This document shows, piece after piece, positions 12,327 through 25,399 of a stretch of DNA of 64,000 nt; position 1 is the first letter of the stretch; each line of letters opens with the position of its first letter. The DNA comes from Hyphochytrium catenoides. Lineage: Eukaryota; Protista; Hyphochytriomycota. The stretch lies in NCBI GenBank assembly GCA_900088475.1, contig FLMG01000516.1, positions 1 to 64,000 of the forward strand. Reading direction: 5' to 3'. The notes beneath the pieces were generated by a model, which was given only the letters and a program-made list of their open reading frames with translations, did not search any database and was not told the origin of the DNA. A program made the position numbers and the translations under genes.

Positions 12327-12532
12327 GGGCCTGCAGCGGCTAAGGGACCTTGACAGTAACTCTGGGTTAGCCTGGACTAATTGAAGGCTCTTTCTCCGGC
12401 TAGCAAGAGCAGTTTAGAGCTCAGGGAAGCCGGAAGGGCGTGGCTACCAATGTGCGCCCGACTTAGGTAGATGGACCATCAAAATGCGCTAGAACAGGAG
12501 TTATCTGACGGCGAAAAAGACTTTTTATGGCT

Positions 12533-13992
12533 TTAAACAGCTTCAACGGCATAAAGCTGCAGTATGCTATCCTCTCCTCCTGAGATCAACTTTCTGCCTG
12601 ACTGGTCAAAAGCAACGCTCCACACCTAGAGATGAATAAGAATGAGCATGAGGCCGAAGTCATACTCAGGCATTACGGTCGCACCTGTTCGTTGTGTATG
12701 TCAAACGTATGGAGACATTGCCTCGTGCCCAGATCCCAAAGCTTCACGCGTTTGTCACTTCCGCTGTAGATAATCGTTTAGGACGGGATAGTGAAAATAA
12801 GGATAAGGGTGGAAGAGACATGCGTTACCAGGAAGCTAGTGTGTTGCTGGCATCGTTGGTCGCAAGGCCTAGCACCCATGAAGTATGCCCAGATATAGAC
12901 GCAACTTGTTGGCCGTGAGAGCTGTCAAAGTCCAGACATACAGGGTTGGCGTCACCACTTCAGAGGGACAGATCACAAGGACTTACAGATCATGTAGGTT
13001 GATTTGCATGTCATCGGAGCCGCTAAGTAGCACACTATTATCTCTAGAGAAGGCCAAGGCTCTAACTGGTTTGGCGTGGGCTGAGTGACAGCCAGAGTCA
13101 GTTGATACATTATCAAGCAAGGCGTCAGGGAAGTTACGTACTTTCATAGGCATGCACGACTCTTTCTCCTTCAACGTCGAACACCGTCACTTTTCCGCTG
13201 CTGTCTCCACAGGCCACTAGCCTACTGTCAGAGCTCTATGTAACAATGTCAGCTGCGAACGCTGAGCTATGTGAATGACAGGGACCTACTTACAAACGCG
13301 ACGCTCATGGAAAACTTCGCTCGACTTTCCAGCTTCGACGTCAAATCCCTGGAGTCCAAGTTCCAGATGTTGATGCCCTTCGAAGACGCGCTGGCCACGA
13401 GAGGAGCAGTTCTGCTGCAAATAGACTTCCAAACCTGACCTTTGGAAGAGGGAAGTAAATGCCTTGTCAAGCCCTATGTTCTAGGACCAGATGGGCAAGA
13501 AGTTTCTCACCTGGTCCACCGTCAATCTCTCCAAGAAGTGCTGCCGACGAGAGGTCCCACAGCCGCACCTTGAAGTCCATGGCAGTGGTAACCAGTCCTG
13601 ATAAACGAGGAATGAGGTCACTACTGCTCGGCAAGTCGTGTGTGAGTAGTGAGATTGCTTACTTGAGCCCGTGTGATCGATACTGGCGGACAGAACTCCC
13701 AAATGGTGCTTCAAGATGTGTTGCTCCTCAAGCTTTTCATCCCTCACGTTCCTGGTGACGGACACATCAGCGTTGCGTGGAAGAACAGTTGCTTTTGACG
13801 CACCAGATTTTAGCGGTTTCATCCACAGACCCAGTCACAATGGTGTCTTCTCCCGCCCAGCAGACGTTCCAGATACTGCCATCGTGGGCTTTGTCGGCTC
13901 TGGTCAATGGCCGGTTCTGTCAACCCATGAGAACAAAGTCAGACCAAGAGACTGTGTGTCTAGTACATCGAGCCTGGCATCAGCCTTACCAT
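12533..13992 (-). CDS. WDR61: WD40-repeat protein WDR61/SKI8 (SKI and PAF1 complex subunit), multi-exon
   Basis: M|[38 protein letters not shown]; [11 protein letters not shown]; KFSMSVAF; [30 protein letters not shown]; GHTSWVLG; [31 protein letters not shown]. These match the SKI8/WDR61 repeat order. Confidence 0.9.
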
Positions 13993-14499
13993 CTCTCACA
14001 ATTATCGGCAGTGACTGTCTCCGGAGAGTGTGCGGTGTCTTGAAAGCACTGGTACTGCGTAGTATATCCCTCGCGATCCCCGTAGTCTGGTAGGAGGTGA
14101 CGCGGGAGCCCAGAGAAACTAGTCAGCTGCAGGTTCGAGCTTCACGAAAGGTTGGGCTGCCTTTAGAATTGCCAGTCCTATAGAGACGCTCTTCTGGAAA
14201 GATTCGCACTCTTCTGGATATGATAGAGCGACAGGGAACCCTTCACGGCTGTCGGTCTTGCTTGCAAAGCGCCTGGTGCTGGTATTGGGACAGCTATGGT
14301 ACCAGAGACTTGATCACCGCCGCCGTACACACTCTACTCTTTATCCTCCTCACTCCGCTCCTCCTCCTCCAAGCTGTAGAATAGGTAAGAGTACAAGCTT
14401 TACAGGATACTGCACTCAGATATCCCATCATCACCGGTCGTTAGCGGCATTTTAGAGTTGTTGATAGCTGGCGATCAGAGTGAAAGGGTACTGTACATC

Positions 14500-14974
14500 A
14501 ACCCTTGTTATTCTGACCTCCTGCGTCCTGCGTCACTGCAGGTCTGCAGGTTGACCAGGACACCAAGTGACCAGGACATTAGACGACCAGGACACCAAGG
14601 ACCTTCTTGAGGCTCTTCTGAACATAAGGATCTGTCAAAGCTCGAGCTGGCTAAGGTAACCAACATGAGGAGAGGAGAAAGAGAGATAAAGATAAGGCGG
14701 AAGTGTTGAAAGCTTTGTTCTGGACCCACTGTGCCGTCGTAAGGGGCACTCTTTGGCAAGAAGAGTAGATTACCCTGCCCGTCGGCTCCTATAGCTGCCA
14801 GTGGTCCTGCATGGCTGTAAGAGAGCTATGGGTACTCGTTGCGAGGGCAGCACTGCAGATCAAAGCGGAAGATATAAGGACATAGCTAAAAGGGGAGCTG
14901 AGGCTGAGCACGGAGGTGGCGCTGAGGCTTAGACCGCACAAGACAAGCAGAACTGATAACAAATGTATCCGCAT
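14500..14974 (-). pseudogene. Signal-peptide-bearing ORF/remnant of unknown family
   Basis: MRIHLLSVLLVLCGLSLSATSVLS is a plausible signal peptide. The frame is then interrupted by TAG, and no clean spliced model was found. Confidence 0.3.
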
Positions 14975-15437
14975 TCAAGAAGCGAAGACTGTCCTGCCTG
15001 AATGATAATTAGAGAGTTGTGAGTCCCTTGAAGTTATGAGTCTGGGTCCTGGATGAGAGCCGGGAGAAGGAACAGAGGCGACAAAAATCTCAGCGGATGC
15101 CCAAGAGCGCATATTGCTCCATGCGTGCCTAAACATCAAGCACGACTATATTAACATAGCTATGAGAGATGCCCTTCCTTAAAAGTCAGGGGTGACACAT
15201 CTTTTCGCCTCATGCAGCAGCAACATTTGCCGCGCCAGGATTCACTTTGCATCCCAACAATGAATAGCAATCATAAGCTAACTCCTGTGTACCCGCCCTA
15301 GCGCGGCGGCTAGGAATTGGCTATCGCTTAGGGGTTTCTTAACATATATTGTTCTTCAATAGATAGGCTCTCTAGATAATGCAACCCGAAGCTGCACAGT
15401 TCTACTGTGCGGTACTGAAAGTGATATGGTAGCAACT

Positions 15438-18400
15438 CTACAAAGCCCATTCGTCGGCTTCTTGCCTCTCCCTATCAGAGATGAACGGCTGAAAGACGGA
15501 GCGAATCATCATCTCTCCGCAGAAGAGGCACTCAGATGCAATGGTACTATCCAGTCGGGCTTGCAACGTCTGCTTGTCAACCTTCTCACCCTTATTTCCT
15601 CCTGAACGCCCCGGGACACTGCTATCTCTACCGGTGTACGCCAGCTTGTTCAGGATCTCCTTCGCAGCCTTCCGCTGGGTCGTGCTTAGGTTTGGAATCA
15701 CCTCGTCCATAAGACAGTTGGCATGGAATGTGTGGCCACAAGGAAAGCAATAGAAGGACCGCGCTAGAATGGGCTTTTCGCAAATGCCACAACGCCGGTT
15801 GCCNNNNNNNNNNNNNNNNGGCTCACCTTGAGATGCTCAATTTTGTCGTTGTATTCCTCTAATGACTGGCAGATCTCATTCTTAAAGTCGTCAATGATAA
15901 CAAAGTCGGGGAAGAATGACAGCAGGTCCTCAATCTTGACAAGCCCCGGAGGATTCACTTCATTGAGGATTTTGGTCGCCTCTCTTACGTTTCCGTCATT
16001 GTCAATCACCTGCTTGGCAATCAGAAGCCATAACTTTTTACGCAGTTGCTCATCTTCAGGTTGCGCTGCGACTTCTTTGGCCATTGCAATGTCACACTGC
16101 AAAGCTAGATCAACGGCCTCACCGTAAAGACCCATCGCAGCATAGATGTATATCATGGCCTTCTTCCTCTGAATCCTCATACAAATTCTCAGCGCGTACT
16201 TCAGATCAAAGAAGGCTTGGTTGGTCGACTTCTTGCGAATGAACCTAATTAACCGCCTCTCATCAGGGTACCGCGCAAGTATGGAGAGCAATAGATTGTG
16301 AACAGCAGGGTCCTTGTTACCCTTCTGGACCACCTGCTCCAGGTATTCGAGGGCCAGATCAGTCTCAGCCGTGCCTTTCCTGGCAACATGCTGATTCTGA
16401 TAGCGGACAATAGCTGGGATGAGCTTTGATGGTTGCAACCCACTAGCTGCATCCTCCCAAGCCTTAAACGTGTCCTTGGGTCTGAACTCTACAAGCGTAG
16501 GCGAGTACTTATAATAGAGCTGCTCTACCTGAGAAAGAGAGGGCACCGTTAAGTCTTTGCAGGTTGCCGTCTTGCTATGAACAGCATGCGATAGGCCCAT
16601 ACCTTTGAGATAGGAGCCTTAGAGAGGACTTCTAGAGCAAGCTTATAGTCTCTGCGCTGAATGTGGTAGGTGATGACCCGATCATAGTCCTCTATAAGCT
16701 GGGCGTAGAAGAGCATTTCATCCGTTCTTCCATGGCTAGACATCAAGTTGAAGGTGATAGCTGGGTCCAGCTTGTCCTTATTGTCGTGAATGAACTGTTT
16801 GAAGTCATACAACCATTGTGCCTGAAGCTCAATATCCTCACGCCGATCATGACCCTAGATAAGAGGAAGACACAGAACCGTTAACACTCTTGCGGCGCTC
16901 AGTAAAAAGGGGTAGCAACTTGCCTGCAAAGAGCTAAATCTTTCTAGGTAAATCTCCGCGAGCCAAGTACAAATCATTGTCTGCTGCGTCTTCGTGCTAG
17001 GAGGTAGCGATTTCAGCTTTTCCAGTAGGTAGGTCTTCAGAGCACCCCTCTCTTCAATGCCAACGAAGCGAAGAGCGACCTCTTCAAATGCCTGATTGGT
17101 CTTGGCATAAATAACAGCCGCTTCTTCATACTGCCCACGCTTTACGAAAAAGTCTGCTTGAGCATTGAGCACCGCCTGGCGCTGCGTCGAGTGTCGGCAG
17201 AAGGAAAGAGCTTTTTCGAAGAGCCTGTTATCGGAGTCCGCCTTGGCTTTTCTAAGGTAGAGCTGCCAGATATCCCTAAGCATGAATGCAGGATAGGAAG
17301 AGTGAGGGACAAGGAGATCTGTCTTCTACAGAGGCTTTGCTAGTCAAACGTTTACCTGTCTTCTTTGCTGATGACCAGCTGGAACACCTTGAATGATCCC
17401 TGCATCCAAAAGGTGTTCTTGGCCGTGTCTTTGGTAATGCTTCTCATGGCGTCATACTTCTGAAGAGGTATATCCATCAGAGCGCTCTGTGTGATCTTAC
17501 TGATGACCTTAACATAGAATCAGACGCAGTCAGTCTTAGCTGAGCGCAAGGAACAAGAGCTTGAGTCTGACCTCCAATCGCGATGGGTATAATACAAGAA
17601 AGTGAAATTCTGATAACAGAAGACCGATCGGGACTTCGCCCGAGCCACTTCCCCGCCGATTTGACGCGCCTAACCCAAGCTTGACGTTACGTTCGTTCAA
17701 AAGGAAAGTACCATCCCTACATAGCAGAAAAATCCAATCGTGAGCATCTCTTTCGGGTTAGCCTCTTGATTGCCGTACAGGATGGTACAACTCACCGCTT
17801 TGGATCACTATAAGTCATATCCAGTTGTAGCACAGAATCCGTAGTGAGGACGGCAAAGGTTTTGCCTTTCTCATGGCGATGGCGTGACCAAACTTGGAGG
17901 TAATTCTTGCCAAAAGGCAGCGAGTACTCGATAAAGCGGAGCTTTTCTGATGCTCCCACACTGAGAAAGAGTGCTTCAAAGGATGGACCTCCAGAGACTT
18001 GAAATAGACGTGCAGACTTCTTGCTGCAAACGTGGAGTTCATAGTGCAATGGCTTAGAATCATAGCGATCAGAACTACATAAAAACATTCCAAGCTACCT
18101 TGAAGTTCTGGCGCAGATTGCCACGAAGTGTCTGACATCACCGTTGGTACCAACGACGCTTTCAAAATGAACTCCGACGATTGCATGGCCGGAAACGTAA
18201 TATACTCGCTTGAAGAGCTTTTCCCTTCCATCAAGAATGACTTCGTATATGTCCCCTCTATCTGAGCCTACCAAGAAGGACTTTGTAGATACATCTGTTC
18301 CTTCTTCCCTATTCCATGCCACTGAGAGAATTCGGAACTGGGATCCTTGCTTAAGCCGCCGCGGCTTGTCTGAGTTCATGTAAAGATAATAGTTGCTGCC

Positions 18401-19113
18401 GTTTTCTAGGGTCACAATGCAGTGTGCTCCGTTCGGATCCAAGTATGCAGCATAGATACCCACATTGGGCTCAAAGCGCACCTCATCAAAGGCCTGGCAA
18501 ATTTAGACACCAAGGGACGGTGGACGGTGCTTAGCGACTGCAAAAGTGACATATTTATGGACATCTTTTACCTTGTCGTCACTGAGACTCCAGCGAAACA
18601 GGCGCTGGTCTGATGTGATGACTATGATTACGTTATTCTCCACAAGAGTCTGACGGATCTCCGCTCCCCCTCTACTGAAAGCTTGAGCTGCCGAGCCATA
18701 CCAGTCTAGCGCCCTGCAGGAAAGAGTAAGCTCATCAGAATGCTGCTCATCAGAATGCTGCTAAACCAAAGTGAGATCAGATAGCAAACAGCGTTTTAGG
18801 GTATGGGATGCTGGATATACCTTATACTTATTAGCTGTGATGTCGAGTCTGGCTCGCTTTGGCTGCTGGCTCGGGCGGCGTCACCTAGCCGATCAAATCT
18901 TAGACGGACTTACGTGGCAACAATGGAAAGATTTTGGAGACCGCCCTTACCTCCTCCATCCCGACTGCGATCATAACCTCCTGAAGACCTAGCATAGGCA
19001 AAGCTTTCATTGCCTGTCGAATAGCTACCGCCAAGCGCCGCCGATTGGCCAATAGAGCTAGGAGGTGTCCCTCCACTTCCGCTATATTGCCATTGTTCAA
19101 ACAGGTTCGACAT
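15438..19113 (-). CDS. VPS18: Vacuolar protein sorting 18 (PEP3/deep orange), HOPS/CORVET core, multi-exon
   Basis: N-terminal MSNLFEQWQ; beta-propeller YLDPNGAHCIV...ILSVAWN...FLVGSDRGDIYE; RDIWQLYL; FEEVALRF; WLAEIYL; clathrin-repeat FDLKYALRIC; KIEDLLSFFPDFVIIDDFKNEICQSLEEYN; RING CGICEKPILARSFYCFPCGHTFHANCL; IASECLFCGEMMIRSV. There is an assembly gap at 15804-15819. Confidence 0.95.
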
Positions 19114-20104
19114 GGCTCCACGCTGTTGCAATCAGTTTTCGAAGATAACTAGAATCGCATATCTTGCTGAGGATCGATGCGTCAGTGCACACTCGAGTAT
19201 CCCTGGGATTTGGCCAGCTAAACCTGATGCAGGGACTAGCTAATGACTCAGAAGAATATAACGTTAGGTTCCACTGTGCGCAGCGGCCCCAATGAGTCAC
19301 TGTGCCTTGGATTCTGAAGGTTCAATCAGAAGTCAGCGCCTCTCTTTCTGTTGGATCGGCGCCTCATCTTCCTCTGTCATGATGTCCCAAGCCTTACAGT
19401 GCCAGATTTCCTCCGTCATTCTTCATACAAAAGCGCAACTCTGTCTTGCCGAAAACCAACACGCTAGTTCCTACTGTGGAGTAAGAAATGATAGAGAAAA
19501 TTATCGAAAATAGGACCAATCTGAATGGGAAAGAAGCTCCATTTAAGAGTCATAATCCTGAATACAGCGATGTGCTCACAGCTTCTGAAGAATCAGAAGA
19601 CTGGGTGATTGTACGAATAATATAATATGACAGTACTTTGGCGCCCACACTTCCTCCTGGAGCCGGAAAGAGAAGGAGAAGGAAGCTTCAAACCTCATCT
19701 TTCGCCCATAGAAGCACTGTGTAGATCTAGCATGTCGTCATTCTGGAGCTTCTGCTGTCTGTCGCCTCGCCGCTCGCTCCTGAGCTTCTGAGGCACCTCG
19801 CCCGCCATCCAGACGCTTGTACCTCCTTCTTGTGCAGATAGTGGTTGTCCGACTCTTTATCCCTATCCTTACGTCTCAAATATCAACACTGTCCGCTTTT
19901 ATTGTCAACCTAGGAGTCACCAATTCTTCGAGAGCTATTCTTGCTAGCTCGAAGGGTCACGAGAGCTCTGAAGGTCAATCGGCTGTCGTCCGAACAATTC
20001 GTGGCCGAAGATATTTGTGCGAAGAGGGAACTATATTCTGTCACCTAGTCGTGAGCTTCACGCGGTCTATCAGTGTTGGGCGACTTCCTCCGTAAACGTA
20101 AACA

Positions 20105-21442
20105 ATGCCTCGTCGGCCTCCGAGAAAGAAGACCAATTCAGAGCGATTAACTTCAGAAAGGAAGAATTGCCGCATCGATGGCTGCGAAGGAGAAGTCTTC
20201 AAGAACAATCTATGCGAGACACATGACGACGGCGTGCAACGCTGCACTGTAAGTGGTTGCCTGAACTATAGTCGGCGCAAGGGTTTGTGCATTGCCCATG
20301 GTGCGGTCGTAAAGCGGAAGATTTGCTCGCATGAGGGCTGCAGTAAGTTTGTCCAGAAAGAAGGAAAATGCAATGCTCATGGACAGCTCAAGAAACGCTG
20401 CTTGGAAACAGACTGCAAGAACCAGGCAGTCAAGCATGGAGTTTGCATTAAACACGGAGCCTTGAAAAAGCGGTGCAGCATGCCAGAATGTGACAATCAG
20501 GTTGTCAAGCAAGGACTTTGCTGCAGGCATTTAACAACCGCCGGAAGTTGCAGCGTGTCAGACTGTACGTTTCCGTCGGTAACCGATGGTCTCTGTGTCA
20601 AGCACGGAGCTAAATGTTCTGCGGAAGGATGCGCTGAAAACGTCTTTCGAGAAGGTCACTGCTTCCGCCACTGTCCCGTTATCAAGAAGTGCAAGGTTGG
20701 GGACTGTCAAAATCGTGCCAGTAAGAACGGGGTCTGTATCGAGCACGGAGCGCAGGTTTACAAATGCGTATGGCCTTCATGCTCTAAAAGGGTGAAGAGT
20801 CCGGGCCTCTGTCCTATCCACACGCCAGTCAGTCTGCCAGCGATGTCTAGAATGCAGCAAGAAGGCTATCCAAATGAACAATTTTCTAAAGAAGGTGACC
20901 AGCCGCCAGTAGTCACTAGTTCAAGTGCCAGTCGATCAGAGAAAGAGTCAGCGTCCGAGAGTGCTGATAGATGTAGCATCGTGAGCTGTGAACGCTTGGT
21001 TGTCTCGAGAGGGATGTGCGCCCTTCATCGGAAGAGACCGCGACAGGCGGCTCTGGCTCGTGGCGAGGAGGGCAAGCTAGACGCCTCTAAAGAGCGAAAT
21101 TCTTCCTCTGTCGGGTTGCGAGGTCAACAGAGTGCCCCTGCAGGCAAGCATTCTTCCGAGGAAGTCAACGAGAACGAGAACTTAACAATTGTCGAGTCCG
21201 GCACGCCGCCCCTGCTACGACGTCAGTCCGGTTCAGATAAGAGGACGGGGGGCAAGAAGCATCAGACGACCAAGAAGGCTACAGACCTATCTCAAATTAC
21301 TGAGTCTGCTGACGATCCTCAGCATGGCCCACTTCCGTTGAATCCATTCTTGCCCGGCACAAAAACATCCGAGGCATCCACTGCACACGAGAGAGACCAA
21401 GGGATTTCCGAAGAGCCACCTCAAAAGCCAAAATCGCACTAA
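20105..21442 (+). CDS. WRKY19-like C-x4-C-x9-C-x2-H zinc-finger repeat protein (445 aa, single exon)
   Basis: Ten repeats, e.g. CTVSGCLNYSRRKGLCIAHG and CKVGDCQNRASKNGVCIEHG. Basic N-terminal NLS-like stretch and disordered C-terminus. Confidence 0.88.
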   Translation: MPRRPPRKKTNSERLTSERKNCRIDGCEGEVFKNNLCETHDDGVQRCTVSGCLNYSRRKGLCIAHGAVVKRKICSHEGCSKFVQKEGKCNAHGQLKKRCLETDCKNQAVKHGVCIKHGALKKRCSMPECDNQVVKQGLCCRHLTTAGSCSVSDCTFPSVTDGLCVKHGAKCSAEGCAENVFREGHCFRHCPVIKKCKVGDCQNRASKNGVCIEHGAQVYKCVWPSCSKRVKSPGLCPIHTPVSLPAMSRMQQEGYPNEQFSKEGDQPPVVTSSSASRSEKESASESADRCSIVSCERLVVSRGMCALHRKRPRQAALARGEEGKLDASKERNSSSVGLRGQQSAPAGKHSSEEVNENENLTIVESGTPPLLRRQSGSDKRTGGKKHQTTKKATDLSQITESADDPQHGPLPLNPFLPGTKTSEASTAHERDQGISEEPPQKPKSH

Positions 21443-24169
21443 TCCCTACTTTTTGGGATGTGTACTACTTCTGCTGCCTACGTTGGGTCTGTTACCCATC
21501 CGGCATGATTGTGGCTCAGCTCGACTCGTGCGCTCTGTGGAGTGAACACTTCGTTGTCTTACTGGATGCGGTCAGGTGAGAGTCCTGGCCGGCGTGACAG
21601 CTTATAGTGTGATGGAAAGGAAGAAGAAGAACAGTTTGCTCTGCTTCGTGGGCTTTGAAGATTTGCAGAACTTGACGACATGCCGTGTCCTGCTTCAAGG
21701 GCCTAGTGAAATATCGGCGCTGCATAGCAAGGCTTTTGGTTCACACTTTATTGATGACTTTGTTACCCAAGGTCTCTTTCTTATTGTCCAGCAGTCAAAG
21801 GATGCTGCTGTTCCTACCTCAAAGCTTTTGGTGAGAGAAGTGTCGTGCGCGTGCTGCCAACGAGCACCATGATGGTGGTGCTAGAACTTTCTTTTTGAAG
21901 GAGAGGACAGCCGGAGAAGGTTGTTGAGGACTGATTTGATACCGTTCACACTCTCCAAGTGTGACAGAAAAACATCATCAAGGCATCGGTCAGAAGAAGC
22001 CAAGTACTATCTCTCTACTGCGTCTGTGCACCCTCCGACGCTGTTGTCGGCCGCCACCTGCCTTCTAGTCAACGGTCGTCCTGATTGAGGTCGAAGAAGT
22101 GGTTCGGAGGAGTATTATCTCATAATTGAACTCCATCTATTTTGTTGCTTAGTCCTGGATAAGCGATATTTCTTGCTCACGAAGATTTCCCACATTGTAA
22201 CTCCTGCCAGCCACAGATTAGCTGTGCGGGGGCGGAAGTGACGCAACTGGCAAAGTCGACCACGGGAGATTGAAGAAAATACACTCCGGGAATTAATCAG
22301 CAGACAACAATGACCTAACCGCCGCGGCCTTCATTATTATTCCTGCTCTTTCCTCCTCCCTTGGTTGAGTCGCAATTGGCTGGGCCTGCCTTCATTGACT
22401 TCTTTTCTCTCACACATTCTCCTTCCTTATACGAGTATCTTCCATCACCTCTTTAATGCGCGGCGTCCTCTCTTCCATGCAACGATGCTTACGTTCTTAG
22501 CTTCAACAGAAAGTGTTAGAGTGAAGGGAAGAAACATGATGAAGATGAACATCATCCTGCCATGCCGGCGCCCGACTACTTTATGAGGCTGTCCTCAACC
22601 AGCGGGAGACCTAATTTGTTGCTAGTAGTGCAGGTGTTACAGCGACTTGTTGCAACTAAGGATCATCTCCTGCAGCCCTCAGGATGGTTTAGCGTTGAAT
22701 GACGAAAGGCCCTTTTTTGCTGTTCTTCATCATCTTCACTAAGTAGTCTATTTATTAGTGTGCGGAGTGATGATCCGTCACTGTTACGGCCGACTGCCGG
22801 CGGCTATCTTCTCCATCTGAACCATTACGGTCGTCGAAGGAGAGATGGGGCTCCTTCTTGTTATTTACAGAGCCGCGTGATGGTGCCGACATAGCGGGAC
22901 TTCTTCTCGACCCTATCCAGACTGTAGCATCAGATCATAATGGATTAGCATCAAGAAGAAGGCGACCGGCGAAATGACCTTGTTATGAGGCCCCTTACTT
23001 TTTTAGATAGAGGAATCCCATCCGAACTTACTTGTTCATTAGTTCCTATCAGGTCTCCACGCCTTGTAGCGACAGAAAGAAAGCCTTGTTTTTCCGCCTC
23101 GACAAAGCTTCTTTTCTTTGGTGAGGCCGCCGGTGATAAGCCGCCGATGATATAATGAACCGAGCGCTGCTGGTCTTTCTGAAGCTGGTGGGAGTAGTAC
23201 GAGGAGGCATCATTGTCCCATTTTCGTCCGTGGCGGGGTTGCGGATCGAAGGTTCTTCAAGAGAGACGTTTCCTCCCTCCTCGCCGCGCAGCGCACTAGT
23301 GAAACAACCCCTAGGAAGTAGTCTCTGACTACTATCTTCATGTTAGATGATGATGCCATTCCTACAAGGTGATAGTAAGAATAACCACACTCCACATCGT
23401 TGACAATAAGTATGTCCTGGTGGAGATGATGAACAGTGACGACGGACGCCAGGAGGCAGCATGGCAGCCGTAAGGCAAGGAGCTCTTCAGCATCAAACAA
23501 AGATCAATGTCCTCCTCTTCTGCCGTGGATTAATACGGCGCTTCAACTATTACGACGCTCGATAAACCAGCAGATACTCAAGAGGCGCTCTCTCCTCCTT
23601 TCTCCTCTAGCCAAGCCAACCAGAAGCATCATCAATAAAATGATCAGAAGGAGCTCTTATTTCTCCTGATTGAGCGCTACCGACAATGGGCCGACGACGA
23701 CAGCAGACTCGCTGCACTCCTCCAAGAAGACAGGGGCAAACTAACAGCAGCAGCAGGGAGAGATGCAGGCGAACGAGGAGGAGGAGGAGGAAGCAGCACC
23801 AGCGTCTGATGATGATGAAGAGACACCTTGTGGCATGTCATCATAATCTTAGCTACGTGCGTGGTTCTTCTCAGGACAGGAAAAGAAGAAGGGGCATCGC
23901 CGCCACCACCAACACGTCACTGCTGGCAATGTGGGCAGCAGGATGATGACTCCAGACGATTATTGTGGTGGTATTGCCAATGGAAAGAGCCCACTTCGCG
24001 CCTTCTCTATACAGCATTAGAACTATGGGCCAAAGAGACGAAAGGTCATTTTTGAAGTAATGGATTCTTGAAGAGGAAATGATGGCGGGGCCGGGCCACC
24101 ACTTGGGACACAGCTAACCCATAGATAACTTTCCGCCTTTACCTCTCCCCCCCCTACACACACACTGAC

Positions 24170-24380
24170 GACATCACCTCTCTCCTCTCTATCCCTCTTC
24201 TTCCTCTTTTTCCATCTCTCTCTCGCTCGCTCGCTCTCTCCCCCTTCTATCTCTCTCTCCGTCTTCCTCCTTTTCCATCTCTCTCTCTCTCTCTCTCGCT
24301 CAGCCTCTGTTCTCTCCTCTCTTCTTCTTCGTCGGATCTCTCTCTCACTCTTTTCTTTCTCTCTCTCTCTCTGTTCCTTG
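24170..24380. repeat. Imperfect (CT)n tract upstream of the bZIP-PAS gene
   Basis: Pyrimidine dinucleotide runs. Confidence 0.85.
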
Positions 24381-25399
24381 CCCCTCTTTCTTCTAGTAAG
24401 GTCGTATCCCTCTTCCTCTGGCCCTCTGTCTCTATAGTTCCGCTGGGTTCATAAAACGGGTTCTATGTTCTTGCTCATGGAAGGTTAACAGCAGGCAGTT
24501 GTCACTTTCTCAGCAGGAAGGAAGGACAGAATAAAGGCTGTTGAGTGCATGTTGTGCGGCCCGGAAGCCACTTGTCAAGAGGGAGAAGAGAGAAAGCAGA
24601 GACGACAAAGAGATCAAAGTGTCCTATTGCGCCGCTATCGCCTCCCACGAACAAACAGCATTAGTCGATAGGAAGAGGAAGTGATCGCGCAACAACGCCT
24701 CAGCTGCACCGCCTAGTCTTCTCCTACTCGCACCAGATCTTCTCTCTAGCAGCAGGCAACGACAGAGGTAAGTCTAAGCTGGTGAGCCTCCCTTGGTTTC
24801 CTCGACTACCGAACAGCTCTCATATATCCACTTGTTCCGACGCCACGCAAGTGCGCAGCGAACTGGCTCTTGACGAAGCGTTTTGGGACCCCGGCTTCTG
24901 TCTCGTCCTCTCCTCACTCCGTTCACTGTGAGGATTGTCTTGTTTACACCTTCACTGACACAATTCCAGGATAGCTGCTTAATCTATCTTCTTCTCCCTC
25001 TTCGTGTTAAATCCATCCCCTGACATTGCAGCTCTGAGACTAAAGCTGAGACGATCAAGAAGTACTCGTCTTAGCGCTTCCTGCTCATCGTTTTCCTAAG
25101 GCCGTGTCACAGAGGAGTGGTCGAGCAAGCTTGCTTAATACTCTACCTTCCTTCATGTGCATGTGAAGACGACATAGAAGCAGTGCCTCGGAATGGAGGA
25201 GTGATATCACTTAGATACCTTTGGAGGAAGTGTGCTAGTGTGGGTGACTTCTTATATCAATCTCCGACTGAGAATGGCACACCGCGCTGATCTGTGGCAA
25301 GTGGTGCTGGCATTTGACAGCAGGAGCTTGTTGGGATTGTAATCTCATTGCCGTCGATATTAAGGAAAGAGAGACTCTTTGCCGCAGCTCGTAGGAAGA

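Noticed and set aside
15297-15314. Hairpin CCTAGC-GCGGCG-GCTAGG as a Helitron 3' end
   Set aside because: No correctly spaced CTRR terminus and no other Helitron evidence.
21900-24100. Trinucleotide-rich spacer with short ORFs (similar texture at 10100-10900, 30300-30800 and 61600-63100)
   Set aside because: No motifs, terminal repeats or consistent splice model recognised.
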